DNA of 64,000 bases from an uncultured Thermoleophilia bacterium (GTDB taxonomy: Bacteria > Actinomycetota > Thermoleophilia > UBA2241), in assembly GCA_963702475.1 (NCBI GenBank), contig CAVPCT010000001.1, forward strand, positions 1 through 64,000, written 5' to 3'. A program made the position numbers and the translations under genes. The notes under the pieces are model-generated. The model saw nothing but the letters and a program-made list of their open reading frames with translations, did no database searches and was not told the DNA's origin. Each line of letters opens with the position of its first letter. Within the stretch, counting starts at the first letter, position 1. This document shows positions 61,800 through 64,000 of the stretch, one piece after another.

Positions 61800-62432
61800 C
61801 TACGAGCGCCGCTCGAGTGCCAGCTTCACGCCGAGGCCGATGAGCACGATGCCGCCGCAACGCTGGATCCAGCGCTGCACTGCCGGCCGGGCGCGCAGCC
61901 ATGTGGAGAGCAGGCCGGCGCCGAGGCCGACCGGCCCTTTGACCATGAACGTGAGCGCGGCGAACGTCAGTCCCAGCACCAGGACGATGAGTCCCGGCCG
62001 CCCGGCTGCGGGGTCGATGAACTGGGGCAGGAAGGCGAAGTAGAAGATGGTGATCTTGGGATTCGAGATGTTGGACAGCGCGCCGTCGACGAACAGCCTG
62101 CCCAGCGAGCGCTCCGGCCGGCGGCCTGTGGGCAGCGTCACCCCGCGCGCGCGGAGCATGGTGATGCCGAGGTAGACGAGGTAGGCGGCACCGGCGAGCT
62201 TGACGGCGAGGAACAGCGGCTCGGAGGCGCGGAGGAGCGCGCCGAGGCCGAGGGCCGAGAGGAACGTGTGGCCCACGAGGCCGGTGCTGACGCCGGCGGC
62301 CGTCGCCACGCCGGCCCGCGCGCCGTGCGCGATGGACCGCGACATCACGAGCAGCATGTCCTGTCCCGGCGTGATGATGAGCACCAGCGAGGCCGCCACG
62401 AACAGCGGCCACTGCACCTGCGACACCGGCAC
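61800..62432 (-). CDS. LysE/RhtB family translocator
   Basis: ITPGQD, GARAG, KLAGAAYLVYLG, NISNPK..FY.AFLPQFI. Confidence 0.93.
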   Translation of the reverse strand: MPVSQVQWPLFVAASLVLIITPGQDMLLVMSRSIAHGARAGVATAAGVSTGLVGHTFLSALGLGALLRASEPLFLAVKLAGAAYLVYLGITMLRARGVTLPTGRRPERSLGRLFVDGALSNISNPKITIFYFAFLPQFIDPAAGRPGLIVLVLGLTFAALTFMVKGPVGLGAGLLSTWLRARPAVQRWIQRCGGIVLIGLGVKLALERRS

Positions 62433-62536
62433 CCCCTTTCCCGGCCGACGACCTCAGGCCCGTGCGCGCAAGGATATGCCACGGTCGCGGCGTAGCACAC
62501 AGCGTCGTACGGCCCGGCTCGGGCGCCGGCCGCGTG

Positions 62537-63826
62537 TCACGCGGCGTTCGCCTTACCGCGGGACTCGGCCGGGTCGCGGGGGCCGGCCGACGTCTCGGCG
62601 GGCGCCGCGGGCTTCGCCCGTTCCGCCCGCCGCGCCGCCCCGTACAGCGGCACCTGGACGATCTGCGCCGCGCCGCCGACCAGCCAGGCGAGTGGGATCG
62701 AGAAGGTCTGCGACAGCCAGCCGAGCCCGACCTGCCCCACCGTCGAGCCGGCGTCGCCGAACAGCGCGTCCAGGGAGATGATGGTCGCGCGCTGCTGGGA
62801 CGGGATGCGCGCGTTCAGCCAGCCCTGCTTGACGGGGAAGGAGACGCCGAAGGCCAGCGCGGAGACGAGGTACAGCGGCACGGCGATCCAGAAGTCCTGC
62901 ACCAGCGCGGCGCCCACGATCGCCGCGGTCGAGACGCCGGCGCTGACCATCAGGATGCGGCCGCGGTCGGGCCACCGCGCCGTGATGCGCCCCACCAGCG
63001 CGTTCCCGAGGATCTGGGTGAGCCCCACGAGGGCGGCGATGACACCGGTCACCCACACCAGGTCCTGCCCGAGCAGGTCGAGGAAGTACTTCTGCCACGA
63101 GTAGAAGCCGTACATGAAGAACACGCCCTGCACGAGCGAGGCGAACATGATGAAACGCACCGTGCGGTCCCCCAGGCCGAAGATGACGCCCGCCCGGGCG
63201 ATGCGCCTGGTCTCGTGCGCGAAGCTGGAGGCCGTCAGCGGCCGTCCTTTGAAGCCGAGGTCACGCATCACCAGCAGGCCGAGCAGGAACGCCGGCACCA
63301 GGATCGCGGCGCGCAGGGCGTAGGGGATCCACAGGTCCACCTGTCCGAGGAATCCGCCGGCCGTGGTGCCGATCAGCATGAAGATCCCGAACACCATGCC
63401 GTACCGGGCGAAGACCGGCTCAAGCTTGCCCCGGTAGTCCACCGAGTGCAGGGCGTCGACCATCCAGGCGTCCACGGCGCCGGTGTAGAAGGTGTAGCCG
63501 AGACCGAGCAGCGCCGAGGCCAGCGCGAACGGCCACACTCCCAGCCCCGCCAGCCCGAACCACAGGTACAGCAGCGTCGACACCATGATGATGCCGACGG
63601 CGAGCAGGTACGAGACGCGCCGGCCGACCGTGTCGGCCACGACCCCGGTCGGCACCTCGAAAAAGGCCTGCGAGACCGTGTACGCGGCGTTCACCAGCAT
63701 CACCTGGTAGATGTCGAGCCCGACGGACAGCAGGAACAGGGTGTTGACGCCCCAGATGAGTGACTGCGCCAGCGTCGTGCTCGCCGCGATGCCGAGGTAG
63801 GTCCGGATGATGCCTCGCGAGGTCAT
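62537..63826 (-). CDS. MFS transporter
   Basis: FEVPTGVVADTVGRRVS, 12 TM, IPSQQRATIIS. Confidence 0.92.
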   Translation of the reverse strand: MTSRGIIRTYLGIAASTTLAQSLIWGVNTLFLLSVGLDIYQVMLVNAAYTVSQAFFEVPTGVVADTVGRRVSYLLAVGIIMVSTLLYLWFGLAGLGVWPFALASALLGLGYTFYTGAVDAWMVDALHSVDYRGKLEPVFARYGMVFGIFMLIGTTAGGFLGQVDLWIPYALRAAILVPAFLLGLLVMRDLGFKGRPLTASSFAHETRRIARAGVIFGLGDRTVRFIMFASLVQGVFFMYGFYSWQKYFLDLLGQDLVWVTGVIAALVGLTQILGNALVGRITARWPDRGRILMVSAGVSTAAIVGAALVQDFWIAVPLYLVSALAFGVSFPVKQGWLNARIPSQQRATIISLDALFGDAGSTVGQVGLGWLSQTFSIPLAWLVGGAAQIVQVPLYGAARRAERAKPAAPAETSAGPRDPAESRGKANAA

Positions 63827-63938
63827 GGTTCGATGTTCCCACGCGCGTTGAATCAGTACCGTGGTAGTCCTGTTTATGTGGCCATGCGCGCGGCCGCCGG
63901 ACGGTAGAATCGGGCGGCCGACGAACGGAGGGACCGAC

Positions 63939-64000
63939 GTGGACGACGAGCAGGGCCCGGTGCCGGAGCCGCTGGCGCCGGGCGCAGCGGGGGAGGAGAC
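63939..64000 (+). CDS. start of a CDS running off the window
   Basis: TAGAAT -10 at ~63905, GGAGG RBS, GTG start, open to end. Confidence 0.45.
   Translation, partial: MDDEQGPVPEPLAPGAAGEE

Overview
High-GC, apparently anaerobic actinobacterial-like DNA (Thermoleophilia-like by gene content and style; inference). It holds about 50 mostly housekeeping or accessory CDSs: fabF (partial), nifJ-type PFOR plus a DHOD-like partner, a PAS-GGDEF cyclase, transporters, cspA, pepE, a FadD-like ligase and a MoxR-DUF58-transglutaminase trio. The most striking structure centres on a tRNA-Ala(TGC) gene at 18785-18860, which is flanked on both sides by orphan half-copies that break at the anticodon loop. 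A 5'-half copy with promoter and tandem arm-like repeats lies 10.8 kb upstream (7962-7993). A 3'-half copy with a compensated T-stem lies 9.4 kb downstream (28264-28308). The downstream interval is a decaying island with corrinoid-accessory genes, an AOR pseudogene, MoaD, DmpA and IS481/IS3 remnants. Other notable items are a hidden UxxC selenoprotein (14800-15288), a Fic + Pol-beta-type nucleotidyltransferase fusion (47219-49222), an orphan 599-aa B12-dependent enzyme, a shared 51-bp operator/promoter module upstream of two secreted-protein genes, and many intergenic gene scraps. All assignments come from reading motifs by eye; no database searches were run.
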